A stretch of 64,000 nucleotides of DNA from a plasmid: the sequence record NZ_CP014126.2; one strand, written 5' to 3'. The notes beneath the pieces were generated by a model. That model made no database searches and was not told where the DNA came from. It saw only the letters and a list, made by a program, of their open reading frames with translations. Positions 38,148 to 49,441 of this stretch are shown piece by piece. Within the stretch, counting starts at the first letter, position 1, and every line of letters begins with the position of its first letter. The translations under genes and the position numbers were made by a program.

Positions 38148-38717
38148 ATGGAAAATTTAACTGTAGCTAAAATTAATGCTGATATTTCGATGATAACAGA
38201 TGGTTTTAGTTCGGGTGATAGAGTAATTCCTTCACCTGTAAAACTACTCAAGGCAAGTGTCCTGGTGCCTGCAATTGCTGTTGTCTTGAGTTTTCTAAGT
38301 ATACTAACGGTGTATGTCTCAGTGTATGGTTCTGAAATATCACTAGCAGGTTACTGGGAGTATCTTATCAGTGAGGGATGGGCTGTAATTCTGCCTACAG
38401 CTTTAGTGGGCATATTCTTTTCTTTTATGATTTACGGCAATCTCGTTGTATATCTGACTGTTCCAAAGGGTGTTCGTGCGAAATCGATACTCTTTAGCCA
38501 TATAAGAAAGTTGGCACAGCGTACAGTTGCGATATTTATAATCCTTATGATTTCCGCTGCACTATTAGCTGGATTGAAACCTTGGCTGGCTTTTGGCGTG
38601 CCTGCACTGGAAGTTGCTTTATTATTTGTTTTGAATTTAGTGATCGGCGCTGAAGTCAATCGTCTCGGCGTCGGGCTGTTAATCGAAAAATTAAGCACCT
38701 TAATTAAAAGTATTTAA
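38148..38717 (+). CDS. traS: TraS-like entry-exclusion inner-membrane protein
   Basis: 189-aa polytopic membrane protein between traG and traT. The family is hypervariable, so the call is positional. Confidence 0.45.
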   Translation: MENLTVAKINADISMITDGFSSGDRVIPSPVKLLKASVLVPAIAVVLSFLSILTVYVSVYGSEISLAGYWEYLISEGWAVILPTALVGIFFSFMIYGNLVVYLTVPKGVRAKSILFSHIRKLAQRTVAIFIILMISAALLAGLKPWLAFGVPALEVALLFVLNLVIGAEVNRLGVGLLIEKLSTLIKSI

Positions 38718-38843
38718 GTTCTCACATTCCCTGCCGATACCCCTTCCGGCACTCTGCCGGAAGGGTCTCCTTTATAAAAATCCCTAAACAGCGTGCCCCG
38801 GGGCGCGCCTGTCCCGTTTTTTCAATTAAACAAGGATATGTCC

Positions 38844-39575
38844 ATGAAAAACCGCAATGCCTTTGTAGCAGCGACCGTTGCTGCCTCCCTGATGCTTTCC
38901 GGCTGTAGTGCAATGAGCACCGCCATTAAAAAGCGCAACCTCGATGTAAAAACACAAATGAGCCAGACAGTATGGCTTGAGCCTTCCAGTCAGAAAACGG
39001 TTTACCTGCAGGTCCGTAATACGTCAGATAAAGACATGAGCGATCTTGAGCCAATGCTTGCTCAGGACCTGCGTGCGAAAGGCTATACCGTAACCTCCAG
39101 TCCTGATGCTGCCTACTACTGGATTCAAGCGAATGTTTTGAAAGCTGAGAAGATGGATTTACGCCAGGCACAAAGCTTCCTGTCGACAGGATATGAAGGT
39201 GCCGCTGCTGGTGCTGCTCTGGGCGCAGGTATTACTGCTTACAACAGTAACTCAGGTGGAGCAATTCTGGGTATAGGTCTGGCCGCGGGGCTTGCCGGAA
39301 TGGCGGCAGATGCACTCGTGGAGGACACAAACTATACGATGGTGACCGATCTGCAAATCTCTGAGCGCAGCAAGGCATCGGTGACAACCGACAATATAGC
39401 AGCGCTGCGTCAGGGCAATTCCGGAATCAAACTGCAGACGAGCAGTGAGGATGGAAACCGCATGAAATATCAGACTCGTGTGGTATCGAATGCAAACAAG
39501 GTTAACCTGAAATTCGAAGAGGCTAAGCCGGTACTCGAAGCTCAACTGGCAAAATCTGTTGCTGGTATTATGTAA
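38844..39575 (+). CDS. traT: TraT surface-exclusion lipoprotein
   Basis: [31 protein letters not shown]..., [16 protein letters not shown] and [17 protein letters not shown] are near-identical to F TraT. Confidence 0.95.
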   Translation: MKNRNAFVAATVAASLMLSGCSAMSTAIKKRNLDVKTQMSQTVWLEPSSQKTVYLQVRNTSDKDMSDLEPMLAQDLRAKGYTVTSSPDAAYYWIQANVLKAEKMDLRQAQSFLSTGYEGAAAGAALGAGITAYNSNSGGAILGIGLAAGLAGMAADALVEDTNYTMVTDLQISERSKASVTTDNIAALRQGNSGIKLQTSSEDGNRMKYQTRVVSNANKVNLKFEEAKPVLEAQLAKSVAGIM

Positions 39576-39606
39576 CTGACAGCATGCTGAATACGGAAGC
39601 GAAACA

Positions 39607-39906
39607 GTGCGAAGGAAAATTGAGGATGTTGCAGCCTGGCTGCCAGCACCTGTAATGATCACACTGCTTGGTGTCATCTTTACGCTAGTGTTAGCGAACA
39701 TGACTGATAGCTGGCTTCCGGGAGAGTTTATCAGTGCAATGAAAGAATACAACGGCACATCAGTTGCCGCTGATTCTGCAGATTTCTTCCGGATCGTCAT
39801 TGCAGCTGTGTCTGTGTATGTTTTGTCGATAGCATCATGCGGAATGACCATCGCACTGGCGCTCTGCCATGCCATACGCCTGCTCTGGAAGATGGCAGGT
39901 TGTTGA
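39607..39906 (+). CDS. small membrane protein (99 aa)
   Basis: ORF with two hydrophobic helices. No F counterpart. Confidence 0.3.
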   Translation: MRRKIEDVAAWLPAPVMITLLGVIFTLVLANMTDSWLPGEFISAMKEYNGTSVAADSADFFRIVIAAVSVYVLSIASCGMTIALALCHAIRLLWKMAGC

Positions 39907-40126
39907 GTTCACGGAAAAAACCTCTATAAAGACAGCGGCAAGCGCCTTCAGGGAAATTAGACTGTCTCCCCTGACAACAGGGCGCCTGCCGCCTCCCATC
40001 AGCACCCCCAAACGCTGATCAATTAACGTCCCGGCCGCCTTCCCGGGTCTTAACTCTTAAACAAACATGCGCAATCTGCCCGCCTTTCAGCGGCGGACTG
40101 CGCCTGCCCGTCGCCTGGAGCTGTCT

Positions 40127-42730
40127 ATGAGTTTCACACCTAAAAACCTGACGCAGGGCGGCCAGATGACGGCCTACCGCCTGCGGATGTTTGCGCAGGT
40201 TAACGGCTGGATCACCGGCTGGATATTGCTCGTGTATTTTCTGGTTACTGCCGCCGTGTTCTGGCTGATAACGCCTGATGATGCGCTCCGTAACGGTCTT
40301 TGGTACTGGTGCGCTAGCCTGTTTTCCGGTTTTGTATTTCTGATGAATCCCTCCGGTCCAGCTACCTGGGATATTGTCTGGCACTGCGGTGCGGGCGAAC
40401 AGCTTTGCACCACCAAGTTAACGCTGGCCCAGCTACTGGCTAATCCGTGGATGCAGCTACAAGGTGCCACTGTGCTGCAGAGCATAAAGACATGCGCGCT
40501 CTACTGCGGAGCGGTCTTTTCCGTTTTGCTGTGTTTCATCTACTGGTATGTAGGCCGCATCGGCAAAAAAGAGGGGGAGGACGAAATCATCTCGGGCATG
40601 ACCCTGACGGATAAACCCGAGGAAGTGAACCGCCAGCTAAAAAAATCAGGAGAAAAATCAGACCTTCAGATAGGCGGCCTTCACATGGTGAAGAACGCCG
40701 AGGTAATGAATCAGCTCATTCACGGCACCATTGGCGTGGGCAAGTCCACGCTCATCCGCTGGCTGCTGGACTACATCCGCCGGCGCGGCGACCGCGCGAT
40801 CGTTTACGACTCAGGCGGCACATTCATTGAAACCCACTATGACGAGCGCCTGGACAAAATCCTGAACGCGCACGATCAGCGCTGTGAGAACTGGGTGCTC
40901 TGGCGCGAGACGCCAGACGTGGTGGACTACGAGAACATGACGGCCGCGCTAATGCCGGTCGAGGGTGATTCTGACCCGTTCTGGGTGTCCTCATCGCGCA
41001 CCATCTTCGGCGACACGGCTATGCAGTTTGCGTCACGTCCAGACCGCAGTATCGAAGCTTTCCTGAAAACATGCCTGTCTATCGACCTGAAAAGCCTGCG
41101 CGAATTTCTGAAGAACACGCCGTCCGCCAATCTGGTGGAGGAAAAAATCGAGAAGACGGCCATCTCTATCCGCTCTGTGCTGACCAACTATGCCAAGTCG
41201 TTGCGCTACCTGCAGGGGCTAGACAAGGAGGGCAAGCCAGAGTTCAGCATTCGCGAATGGATGACCGACTCACAGTACGACAACAGCTGGCTGTTTATCT
41301 CCACGACGGCCCGCCATCGCAAGGCAGTTCGCCCGTTGATATCAATGTGGCTGTCGTTGACCACGCTATTGCTGCAAAGCATGGGGGAGAACAGCGAGCG
41401 GCGCGTCTGGTTCATCCTCGATGAAATTGCCAGCCTGCAGAAGATACCTGAACTCAACGAGACACTGGCCGAAGCCCGCAAGTTCGGTGGCTGTTTCGTG
41501 CTGGGCATTCAGAACATGCCACAGCTGATCCACATCTACGGTCGCGAGATGGCCAAAGCCATCTTTGACCTGCTCAATACCCGCGCCTACGGCCGATCAC
41601 CAAGCGCTGAGGTGGCCAAAATAGTGGAGGAGGAGCTGGGACATCAGCGTCGGCGCGAAGCTCGCGAACAGAACAGTTACGGCCTTGATCAGGTGCGCGA
41701 CGGTATCTCTATCAGTAGGGACAAGATAAACGACCCCATCGTGGACTACGACCAGATCATGAAAATGCCTAACCTGCAGTTCTATGTGCGCCTGCCGGGT
41801 GAATACCCTGTGGTTAAGCTGAACCTGAAGTACCGCAAGCAGAAAAAATATCATCCCGCTTTGATAGAACGTAATTTCCGCGACCGGCTGAGCCCGGAGC
41901 TCGAACGCATCATCGAGAGCAATGAGCGGACCTCCCGCGCGGCAAACATTTCTTTCCCTACTGGCGAAGAAATACAGGAAGACGGTAACCGCACCACCGC
42001 AACCGCAGTGTCTGAGTCTGCACCTGTCTCACCGGCTGCCGCGCCGTTAAAAGCTGACGCCTCCGTGACAAGACCTGACTCGCCTGCTGAGAGAGAGGTT
42101 ATGCCTCATGCTGCAGCGAGTCCCGCCTCAGAGGTAGCGGGTAATGTGGCTCCGCCCTCGAATGTGCGTCCGTTCCCGCTGAGTTTTGTACCCGTTCCGT
42201 CCAGCACGGTTGATGCTGAGCAGCCGCTGGAAAAGCAGACTGCCGCAGATGCACCGACTGAAAAAGAAATGCCCCTACAGGTGCCTGTCCGGACGGATAC
42301 GTCATCAGATTTCGCGGGTGCAACATTGCCGCCGAAGGCACCGCAGCCGGTAGTTCCCACCGTCATGAGGTCAAAATCGTCCGGTCCGAGCGCGCTCGAT
42401 ATGCTGGCGCGCCGCAAGAGCCGGAACGCCACTACAGGCACCGGCGAAGGGGCTGCTGAGGAGGCAGCGTCGCATGACGACTCAGGGCAGGGCGAAGCTC
42501 CCGAACTGAACATGCAGATGGAAAAAGATGACGGCGGCCGCCTCATTGTCAGGCACATCAGCCCGCGAAAAACCGACCAAGAAAAGCGCGAGGAGTCAGA
42601 CGCCAGGCAGCACAGTGACGCTAATGCACGCATGGCCGACGACGAAAAGAACATCCTGCGACACCGCAACGACTACGAGGCGTATCAGGAGATGAGTGAC
42701 AGCCTTGACCCGGGAGGGTATGAACGATGA
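40127..42730 (+). CDS. traD: TraD type IV coupling protein
   Basis: MSFTPKNLTQGGQ matches F MSFNAKDMTQGGQ. Walker A HGTIGVGKS. ARKFGGCFVLGIQ. Variable Pro/Ser/Ala-rich acidic C-terminal tail with no QQP repeats. Confidence 0.95.
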   Translation: MSFTPKNLTQGGQMTAYRLRMFAQVNGWITGWILLVYFLVTAAVFWLITPDDALRNGLWYWCASLFSGFVFLMNPSGPATWDIVWHCGAGEQLCTTKLTLAQLLANPWMQLQGATVLQSIKTCALYCGAVFSVLLCFIYWYVGRIGKKEGEDEIISGMTLTDKPEEVNRQLKKSGEKSDLQIGGLHMVKNAEVMNQLIHGTIGVGKSTLIRWLLDYIRRRGDRAIVYDSGGTFIETHYDERLDKILNAHDQRCENWVLWRETPDVVDYENMTAALMPVEGDSDPFWVSSSRTIFGDTAMQFASRPDRSIEAFLKTCLSIDLKSLREFLKNTPSANLVEEKIEKTAISIRSVLTNYAKSLRYLQGLDKEGKPEFSIREWMTDSQYDNSWLFISTTARHRKAVRPLISMWLSLTTLLLQSMGENSERRVWFILDEIASLQKIPELNETLAEARKFGGCFVLGIQNMPQLIHIYGREMAKAIFDLLNTRAYGRSPSAEVAKIVEEELGHQRRREAREQNSYGLDQVRDGISISRDKINDPIVDYDQIMKMPNLQFYVRLPGEYPVVKLNLKYRKQKKYHPALIERNFRDRLSPELERIIESNERTSRAANISFPTGEEIQEDGNRTTATAVSESAPVSPAAAPLKADASVTRPDSPAEREVMPHAAASPASEVAGNVAPPSNVRPFPLSFVPVPSSTVDAEQPLEKQTAADAPTEKEMPLQVPVRTDTSSDFAGATLPPKAPQPVVPTVMRSKSSGPSALDMLARRKSRNATTGTGEGAAEEAASHDDSGQGEAPELNMQMEKDDGGRLIVRHISPRKTDQEKREESDARQHSDANARMADDEKNILRHRNDYEAYQEMSDSLDPGGYER

Positions 42731-45700
42731 TGACCGTTGCTCCGGTGGCCTCTGCCGCCGACGCTGCCGGCTACTATAGCAGCAAGGATAACTATTACTT
42801 TCTGGACGACATGCCGACGCAGTGGATGGGAGATGGGGCGCGCGAGCTCGGCCTTGAGGGGCCGGTTGACCTTGATACGTTCACCGGCATTCTGCACGGC
42901 AACCTGCCTAACGGCGTGACGCTGGGTAAAGAAATGCAAGGCGCGCACGTGCACCGTCCGGGACACGACTTTACCTTTTCGGCACCTAAAAGCGTATCAA
43001 TGCTTATCCTTGCAGGCGGCGACAAACGCCTGCTGGAGGCACACCACGACGCGGTGAAAGAGACGCTGGCTATTATGGAGCAGACGATAAGTGCCCGTGA
43101 CACGAAGGAGGGTATTACGCGCATCGTGACCAGCGGTAAAATGGTCGCAGCACTGTTTACGCACGATACCTCGCGCAACCTCGACCCGCAGGTTCATACC
43201 CACGCTGTGGTGGCTAACGTCACGGAGCTGGACGGCAAGTGGAAGGCGCTGGCCACCGATACTATTCACGGTGCCGGTTTCATCGAGACGGCGTACCGAA
43301 ACCAGATAACATACGGCAAAATCTACCGCAACGTGCTTAAAGGAAAGGCTGAGGCTATCGGTTATGAAACCGTTCCGACCGGCGGCCGTCATGATTTGTG
43401 GGAGATAAAGGGCTTTACCGAAACAGTGCTGGAGGAGTTCTCCTCTCGCCACCGGGAAATTCACGCACGCGCCGGTGAGGATGCATCGCTGAAAAGCCGC
43501 GACGTGGCCGCACTCGATACCCGCCAGCGTAAGCAGGATATTAGCCGGTATGGCGAAGACGAAACCGCACCGGTACACACCCGGCCAGACCCCTCCGCCT
43601 TAAATGTAACGCCTGAGCCCACAATGGATCGCGCGGTAACTGCCGCGAAAAATCCCCCTGAAATTAGGGGGAAAGCATCGTCAAGTGCTGCAATCAGGGA
43701 ACAGGACGAGCCGATCACGATACCTGTACCTGTCCCGGAGCGTTCTGAGACTGCTGCAGAGAAACCGCCCGTAATAGTTGAAGAACCATCAATAGTACCG
43801 CCAGTTCGGGAGCTGGACGCGCCGATCGAGAAGCCAGAAACCGCTGATGGCCGGACCCGCCTGCAGGATCGCTGGCAGCGGCAGATGAATGACGTCGGAT
43901 TTGATATCGGCAGCGTTATCAGTGAAGCGAAGGCCCGTGAGGCAATGCTGCCCGCCCAGGAGGAAACCGTACCCGCACTAACTCAAGCTATGGACGCCGT
44001 ACGCATCGCAATTTCGGTACTGAGCGACAACAGAACCCGCTTTACCTATGGAGATCTGCTGCTGACCGCTCACGAGGCGGGTGAGACGCAGCAAAAGCTG
44101 CCAGACCTTCGCCGCGCAATCGACCAGGCAATTGGTGAGGACTTGCTGACGCCGCTCGACGGTGAAAAGGGTGTTTTCACTTCGCATATTCACCTTCTCG
44201 ATGAACTCTCTGTGCAGTCACTGACGGCGGACATTCTCAAAGAGAATAAAGTGGCGAACCTGCGTATCTTTTCAAAAGCACCGCCGGCACATCTCGGAAA
44301 AGCGGCGCGGGCGCCAGTGTCGATCCTGAATGCCCCTGCTTCCGTGCAGCGGCTACGTGAAACTACTGAGGAGCTGGTGACAATGTCACGGGAACAGGGG
44401 CGGGACGTGAAGGTACTAACCAGCTCCGCGGAGCGCGCTCTGAGCTTTGGGAAATCCCCGTTGATTAAAAATGACCTGCTGTCGCGCAGCCGCGTGCTGG
44501 ACAGCACGTTCAGCCTCGGCATACAGAGCACTCTTATCATTGAGGGTGCGGAAAAACTCGGTCTGAAAGAAATGCTGGTTCTGACCGGCGAGGCGCGTGA
44601 AAAGAACGCGCAGCTGATATTTCTGGATAGCGCCGGTCGGCAGTCAAACGCAAACGCCCTTTCCGTGCTGGCCTCTGCTGGAGTGGAGCGCCTTACGCTG
44701 AGCACCCCAGCGCCTGAAATGGCTACCCGGGTAATGAGTATCCAGGACAAGCGCGAGCGCTATCAGGTCCTGGCCGATCGTTATGCCGAACTCAGCGGCG
44801 GAGACGCGCCGGTGACGGCCGTCGTGACCGGGGCCCGGGAACAGCAGCAGCTCACAGGCGTCATCCGCGACGCGCTTCAGAACGCCGGAAAGCTCGGGCG
44901 GAATGCAGTAAACGTTGAGGCGCGCACGCCGGTGTTTGCTACAGCAAAAGAGCGCCGGCTTCCGGCTACCTATCGGTCGGGAATGGTGCTTGAGGACCGC
45001 ACTGGAAAAGAAGAGACGCGTCACTACGTCATTGATCGTGTGCATGAAGATACGCGCATGCTGTCCCTGACCGACAGCGACGGCGTGCTGACGCGGGTGA
45101 AAATGGCAGATCTGAATGGGGACTGGCGGTTGTTTACACGTACCACACTTAGCGTGGCACAGGGTGAGCAACTTTTTGCGCTTGCGGCCGACAAAGAGGC
45201 TGGCCTGAAGGCCAGGGAAAGGCTCACAGTGACTTCAGTGGAAAACGGCATGCTGACTATTCAGAAGGAGGGCCAGAAGCGTCCGCTTCGTCTTAGTGCA
45301 GATAATCCGCTTTACGTCACTCACGGTTACGTTAGTGCGCCCGGGAGCAGGGACCACGAGGCAGGTACGGTTCTTGCTTCGCTTGGCACCCGCGACCTGT
45401 CCGCCAACATGATGAACGCACTGGCGCAGTCCGGAAGCCAGGCTGAAATCTACACTGGCGAAGCGCTGAGCCGTGCGGAAGAGAAACTCGGGCGCCTGCA
45501 GGGCAACCGTACTCCGCTTGAACTGGTCCGCCAGCTGAGCGGCCGCGAAGAGGCCGGTGAAGCCATGGACGCACTCAAATCAGGGGTTCAGACCGACGCG
45601 CAGAAGGCTGTTTCACGCGCAGTGGCCAACATGCGGGATGTTGCTTTCCCGTTTGCACAGCTGACGGAAAAAGCGACCGAGTTTCTTGGCAGCACCCGGG

Positions 45701-48570
45701 GTGTCATCGGGGAAATCACCCGACTTGAGGACGCCGGGGAACTCATTAAGGTGCCGTATGATGGCGAGGCTCGCTATGTTGCCCGCGCTACATGGGAGAT
45801 GGAGAAAGCAATCATTCGAGAGGTGGAGGCTGGGAAAAACACCCTTACACCACTGATGGAAAGTGCCTTAGCCGTGCTGCCCTCCAGCCTGACAGTGGGA
45901 CAGCGTGATGCGTCAGCACTTATTCTGCAGAGCGCCGATCGCTTCACGGCGGTACAGGGCTACGCAGGTGTGGGTAAAACTACGCAGTTTAATGCCGTTA
46001 AAACTGCCATTGATACACTGCCCGAAACCGTGCGGCCGATCGTTATCGGCCTGGGGCCGACGCATCGTGCTGTCAAAGAAATGCGCAGCATCGGTATTGA
46101 GGGCCAGACTATGAAGTCGTTTCTGCTTGACTGGCAGCAGCGCACTGCCGCCGGTGAAAAGGTCAGCTACGGTAATACGCTGTTTCTCATTGACGAGGCC
46201 TCCATGCTGGGTAACCAGGACACGGCTGAAGCAATGCGTGCCATCGCGGCGGGCAATGGCAGGGCGGTAATGGTGGGGGACGTCGCACAGCTTGAATCAC
46301 CGGAGAGCGGAGCTCCTTTCCGCCTGCTGCAGGAGCGCAGCCCGATTGACGTAGCGGTGATGAAGGAAATCAAACGCCAGCTAAGCGATGATCTGCGCGG
46401 AGCGGTGTACAGCGTGATTGAGAATAAAGCCGCCGCGGCACTGGAGAAAATTGATCGCGTTTCACCTGCGGTGGTGTCACGTCAGGCGGGCAGCCAGACG
46501 CCGGTACGTTCGGTAGTTGAAATCCCACCTCCGCCAAAGGATGAAAACGGCAACGAGCTGCCTAGCCCCGATGGTAAAAGGGCACCCCGTGTCCATGACG
46601 CAATCGTAGCCGATTACATGAGCCGCACGCCGTCAGCTCGTGCAGAGACGCTTATTGTGGTCTCACTGAATGACGACCGTCGGGCCATAAACGCAGGTAT
46701 TCACCAGGCCATGACGGAGGCAAAGGAGCTGGGCGGAAAGGCGGTCCAGGTGCCGGTGCTTGAGCGAGTCAGCGGCGGACGTCATGACTTTAACAAGTTT
46801 GATGCCTGGAGGGTCGGTCACGTAGTGCTGAGTGGTGAGCGTTACCTGAATGTCATAGGCCTGGACCGCGGCACGAATAATGTGCTGCTGCGCGACGAGG
46901 ATGGCCGGATGCGTTACTACTCGCCAGCCGAGCTGAACGCCACTGAAATCGAGGTGTTCCGGAAGGAAACACTCGAACTGCGTACCGGTGACAGCATCCG
47001 CATGAACAAAACCCAGCGGCAGGCAGGCCATGCGGCGCATGAACAGTACCGCGTGGCGGCGCTGCATGACAATGGTGATGTTGTGCTGCAGGGCACATCA
47101 GGTAAGAAAGTGATCTCTCCCGGCGATACTTTGGCGGACCGGCACATTGACTACGCGTGGGCAGTGACCGGCCATGGCGCTCAGGGGGCGAGTAGTCGCT
47201 TCGTTATCGCGCTGGAGAGCGCAACAGGCCGGCGGGGTATGATCAGCGGGATGCGTTCGTTTTATATCAGCCTGTCGAGGGCAAAAGAGCACGTGCAGGT
47301 TTACTCTGATAACGTGAAACGCTGGAAAGAGGCGTTGATACGGGAGGAAAAGGGCTTTAAAACCGCCCACGATGCGCTGTCGCCAGAAATTGAGCGTAAG
47401 CAAGCCCGGGCTATCTGGTCGATGGGCCAGCCCCTGGCGAAAACCGCTATCGGACGTGCATTTCTGAACAGTAATGCACTCCGCGGCGGGCCGGTTACGG
47501 CGCGCATCATCCCGCCGACACGTAAGTATCCAGAACCGCATCTGGCATTACCGGCTTATGACGGTAACGGTAAAGCAGCCGGCCTGACGTTAATTCCGCT
47601 GCGCCACGAAAAAGGAACGCTTAACCCCGGCCAGCCTCGCCAGCTGGCAACTGATAGTGCACAGGCCGCTCTGCTGCAGAAAAGCCGAAATGGTGAGACT
47701 GTCATCGTAAGCGATCTGGCGCAGGGTCTTACAGCTGCGCGTGACAGACCGGAAGCTGGCGTAGTGATACTCACCGGGAGGCAGCAGCCGTCTGCACAGC
47801 TTCTCAGAGTTGCTGGCGGGCATACGGAACAGGCGATGAGGCCGGATGCTACGCTGCTGAGTCTGGTCAAAGCAGAGTTGCAGGACATGCTAAAGATGCT
47901 GCCTTTAAATGAACCAGCACAGGATGAGCGCGACATTCTTCGGACCGCCCTGGAAGCTATTAAAGATTCGTTAGTATTGCCAGAAGTGCATAGAGAGGAA
48001 AAAGGCGAAAGGGCTTTGGATTCTGCCGAAATCAGGAAAACTGCTCAACTCCTGTCAGAAGTGCCAGTTATAAAACTACCTGAAACTTCGCGTGAAGGGA
48101 TGGACAAAAATACTCTGCCGGCAGAGCTTGCAGAGCGGATAGCTGAAGCTATGCAGCATAAATTGTCCGTTCTTCCCGCAGAAACTGCGCCAGATTACAG
48201 TTCACTTGTCCGTCAGGCATCCGAGGCACTTGCTCAGGCTGGCGATATGCCACCTGATGCGGCTGTCCGGGCCGTTCTTAACGCGCTGTCGGGCAGCAGA
48301 TTGCCTTCAGGTATTACATCGCAAGGTGAGATGCAGGCTGGCGGCTCGCTTCCAGCTTCGGTGGTACGCCATGTTCAGGATGAACTGGCGGCGATACAGG
48401 TAACCGGTAAGCATATGCAGGAAACAATCTCTGACAGGGAGGTTGCAGGCGTTGCCCGGGAGCTGGACAGGCAAGTACAGCTTACACTGCCACCGGAAGT
48501 TCGTGGCCGGGAACCTGAGCGAGAATTACCGTCCCCCGAAATTACACGCCATATCCAGAAAGAACGTTGA
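42727..48570 (+). CDS. traI: TraI relaxase-helicase (MOBF)
   Basis: MMTVAPV. GYYSSKDNYY. HDTSRNLDPQVHTHAVVANVT (3-His motif). QGYAGVGKTTQ helicase Walker A. Colinear with F TraI. Extra insertion of about 100 aa near aa 285-390. Confidence 0.95.
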   Translation: MMTVAPVASAADAAGYYSSKDNYYFLDDMPTQWMGDGARELGLEGPVDLDTFTGILHGNLPNGVTLGKEMQGAHVHRPGHDFTFSAPKSVSMLILAGGDKRLLEAHHDAVKETLAIMEQTISARDTKEGITRIVTSGKMVAALFTHDTSRNLDPQVHTHAVVANVTELDGKWKALATDTIHGAGFIETAYRNQITYGKIYRNVLKGKAEAIGYETVPTGGRHDLWEIKGFTETVLEEFSSRHREIHARAGEDASLKSRDVAALDTRQRKQDISRYGEDETAPVHTRPDPSALNVTPEPTMDRAVTAAKNPPEIRGKASSSAAIREQDEPITIPVPVPERSETAAEKPPVIVEEPSIVPPVRELDAPIEKPETADGRTRLQDRWQRQMNDVGFDIGSVISEAKAREAMLPAQEETVPALTQAMDAVRIAISVLSDNRTRFTYGDLLLTAHEAGETQQKLPDLRRAIDQAIGEDLLTPLDGEKGVFTSHIHLLDELSVQSLTADILKENKVANLRIFSKAPPAHLGKAARAPVSILNAPASVQRLRETTEELVTMSREQGRDVKVLTSSAERALSFGKSPLIKNDLLSRSRVLDSTFSLGIQSTLIIEGAEKLGLKEMLVLTGEAREKNAQLIFLDSAGRQSNANALSVLASAGVERLTLSTPAPEMATRVMSIQDKRERYQVLADRYAELSGGDAPVTAVVTGAREQQQLTGVIRDALQNAGKLGRNAVNVEARTPVFATAKERRLPATYRSGMVLEDRTGKEETRHYVIDRVHEDTRMLSLTDSDGVLTRVKMADLNGDWRLFTRTTLSVAQGEQLFALAADKEAGLKARERLTVTSVENGMLTIQKEGQKRPLRLSADNPLYVTHGYVSAPGSRDHEAGTVLASLGTRDLSANMMNALAQSGSQAEIYTGEALSRAEEKLGRLQGNRTPLELVRQLSGREEAGEAMDALKSGVQTDAQKAVSRAVANMRDVAFPFAQLTEKATEFLGSTRGVIGEITRLEDAGELIKVPYDGEARYVARATWEMEKAIIREVEAGKNTLTPLMESALAVLPSSLTVGQRDASALILQSADRFTAVQGYAGVGKTTQFNAVKTAIDTLPETVRPIVIGLGPTHRAVKEMRSIGIEGQTMKSFLLDWQQRTAAGEKVSYGNTLFLIDEASMLGNQDTAEAMRAIAAGNGRAVMVGDVAQLESPESGAPFRLLQERSPIDVAVMKEIKRQLSDDLRGAVYSVIENKAAAALEKIDRVSPAVVSRQAGSQTPVRSVVEIPPPPKDENGNELPSPDGKRAPRVHDAIVADYMSRTPSARAETLIVVSLNDDRRAINAGIHQAMTEAKELGGKAVQVPVLERVSGGRHDFNKFDAWRVGHVVLSGERYLNVIGLDRGTNNVLLRDEDGRMRYYSPAELNATEIEVFRKETLELRTGDSIRMNKTQRQAGHAAHEQYRVAALHDNGDVVLQGTSGKKVISPGDTLADRHIDYAWAVTGHGAQGASSRFVIALESATGRRGMISGMRSFYISLSRAKEHVQVYSDNVKRWKEALIREEKGFKTAHDALSPEIERKQARAIWSMGQPLAKTAIGRAFLNSNALRGGPVTARIIPPTRKYPEPHLALPAYDGNGKAAGLTLIPLRHEKGTLNPGQPRQLATDSAQAALLQKSRNGETVIVSDLAQGLTAARDRPEAGVVILTGRQQPSAQLLRVAGGHTEQAMRPDATLLSLVKAELQDMLKMLPLNEPAQDERDILRTALEAIKDSLVLPEVHREEKGERALDSAEIRKTAQLLSEVPVIKLPETSREGMDKNTLPAELAERIAEAMQHKLSVLPAETAPDYSSLVRQASEALAQAGDMPPDAAVRAVLNALSGSRLPSGITSQGEMQAGGSLPASVVRHVQDELAAIQVTGKHMQETISDREVAGVARELDRQVQLTLPPEVRGREPERELPSPEITRHIQKER

Positions 48571-48649
48571 TCCCCAACTTCCACGGCCAGCCTTAAAGTT
48601 GGCCGAATCATCTTTACTGCCAGCACCTAGCCGGCTTAAGCGAACCGAC

Positions 48650-49441
48650 ATGAAAAAATATATGAATCTGGCCGCGATCGCGCTGGCCATCTCTACCGTT
48701 GTGCCCGCTGTTTCAGCTGCTGAAACAGCGGATTTTACAGCAGCACAGCAAACCCGTATCGGGGAAATAGCGGCAGACTATCTTGTCGCTCATCCTGAGA
48801 TTCTTCTTGAGGTCAGTAAACAGCTCCAGGCACGCCAGAGTGAAATGCAGAGAAGTGCGCGGGTTAATGCTGCGCTGAAGGGGCACAGGCTGCTTATGCA
48901 GCTGGAAAATATTCCGGTTAAAGGCCCCGTGGATTCTGGCGTTATTGTTACCGAGTTCTTTGACTATGAATGCAGCGCGTGCAGCATGATGGCTCCGGTT
49001 ATGGAAAAGGTCATGGCCGCGAATCCAGACGTCCGCTTTGCATTCAGGGACTGGACCATCTTTGCAACGCGCTTTCCGGAGTCAACGCAGGCTTCCCGTA
49101 GTGGCCTGGAAATATTCAGGAAACTGGGTGCTGATGCTTATATGAAATATCACAACGGCATTTACGGCACCGGTCATAATGAAGGACGACTGACTGGTGA
49201 CGATATTAAAAAAGCAGCAAATACAGTTGGGGCGCAGGAAATCAGTACAGGAGAAAATGAGCTCGCTGATCGAATCATTGAAGCCAATGATTCACTGGCC
49301 GAAATGCTGGGCCTGACGGGTACGCCAGGTATCATTGTTATGCCATCTGAAAACGCAACAGCTGCGAACACTACAGTACTGCCGGGTGTGGTCAGCGAGG
49401 CTGTTATGCAGTCGGCAATCGAACGTGCCCGCGGAAAATGA
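48650..49441 (+). CDS. DsbA-like periplasmic thiol:disulfide oxidoreductase
   Basis: Signal peptide. FFDYECSACS CXXC motif. 263 aa. Confidence 0.7.
   Translation: MKKYMNLAAIALAISTVVPAVSAAETADFTAAQQTRIGEIAADYLVAHPEILLEVSKQLQARQSEMQRSARVNAALKGHRLLMQLENIPVKGPVDSGVIVTEFFDYECSACSMMAPVMEKVMAANPDVRFAFRDWTIFATRFPESTQASRSGLEIFRKLGADAYMKYHNGIYGTGHNEGRLTGDDIKKAANTVGAQEISTGENELADRIIEANDSLAEMLGLTGTPGIIVMPSENATAANTTVLPGVVSEAVMQSAIERARGK

Noticed and set aside
42795-47936. Numerous 60-190 aa ORFs on either strand inside traI, traD, traG and traC
   Set aside because: They lie within long, well-supported genes and are GC-rich frame artefacts.
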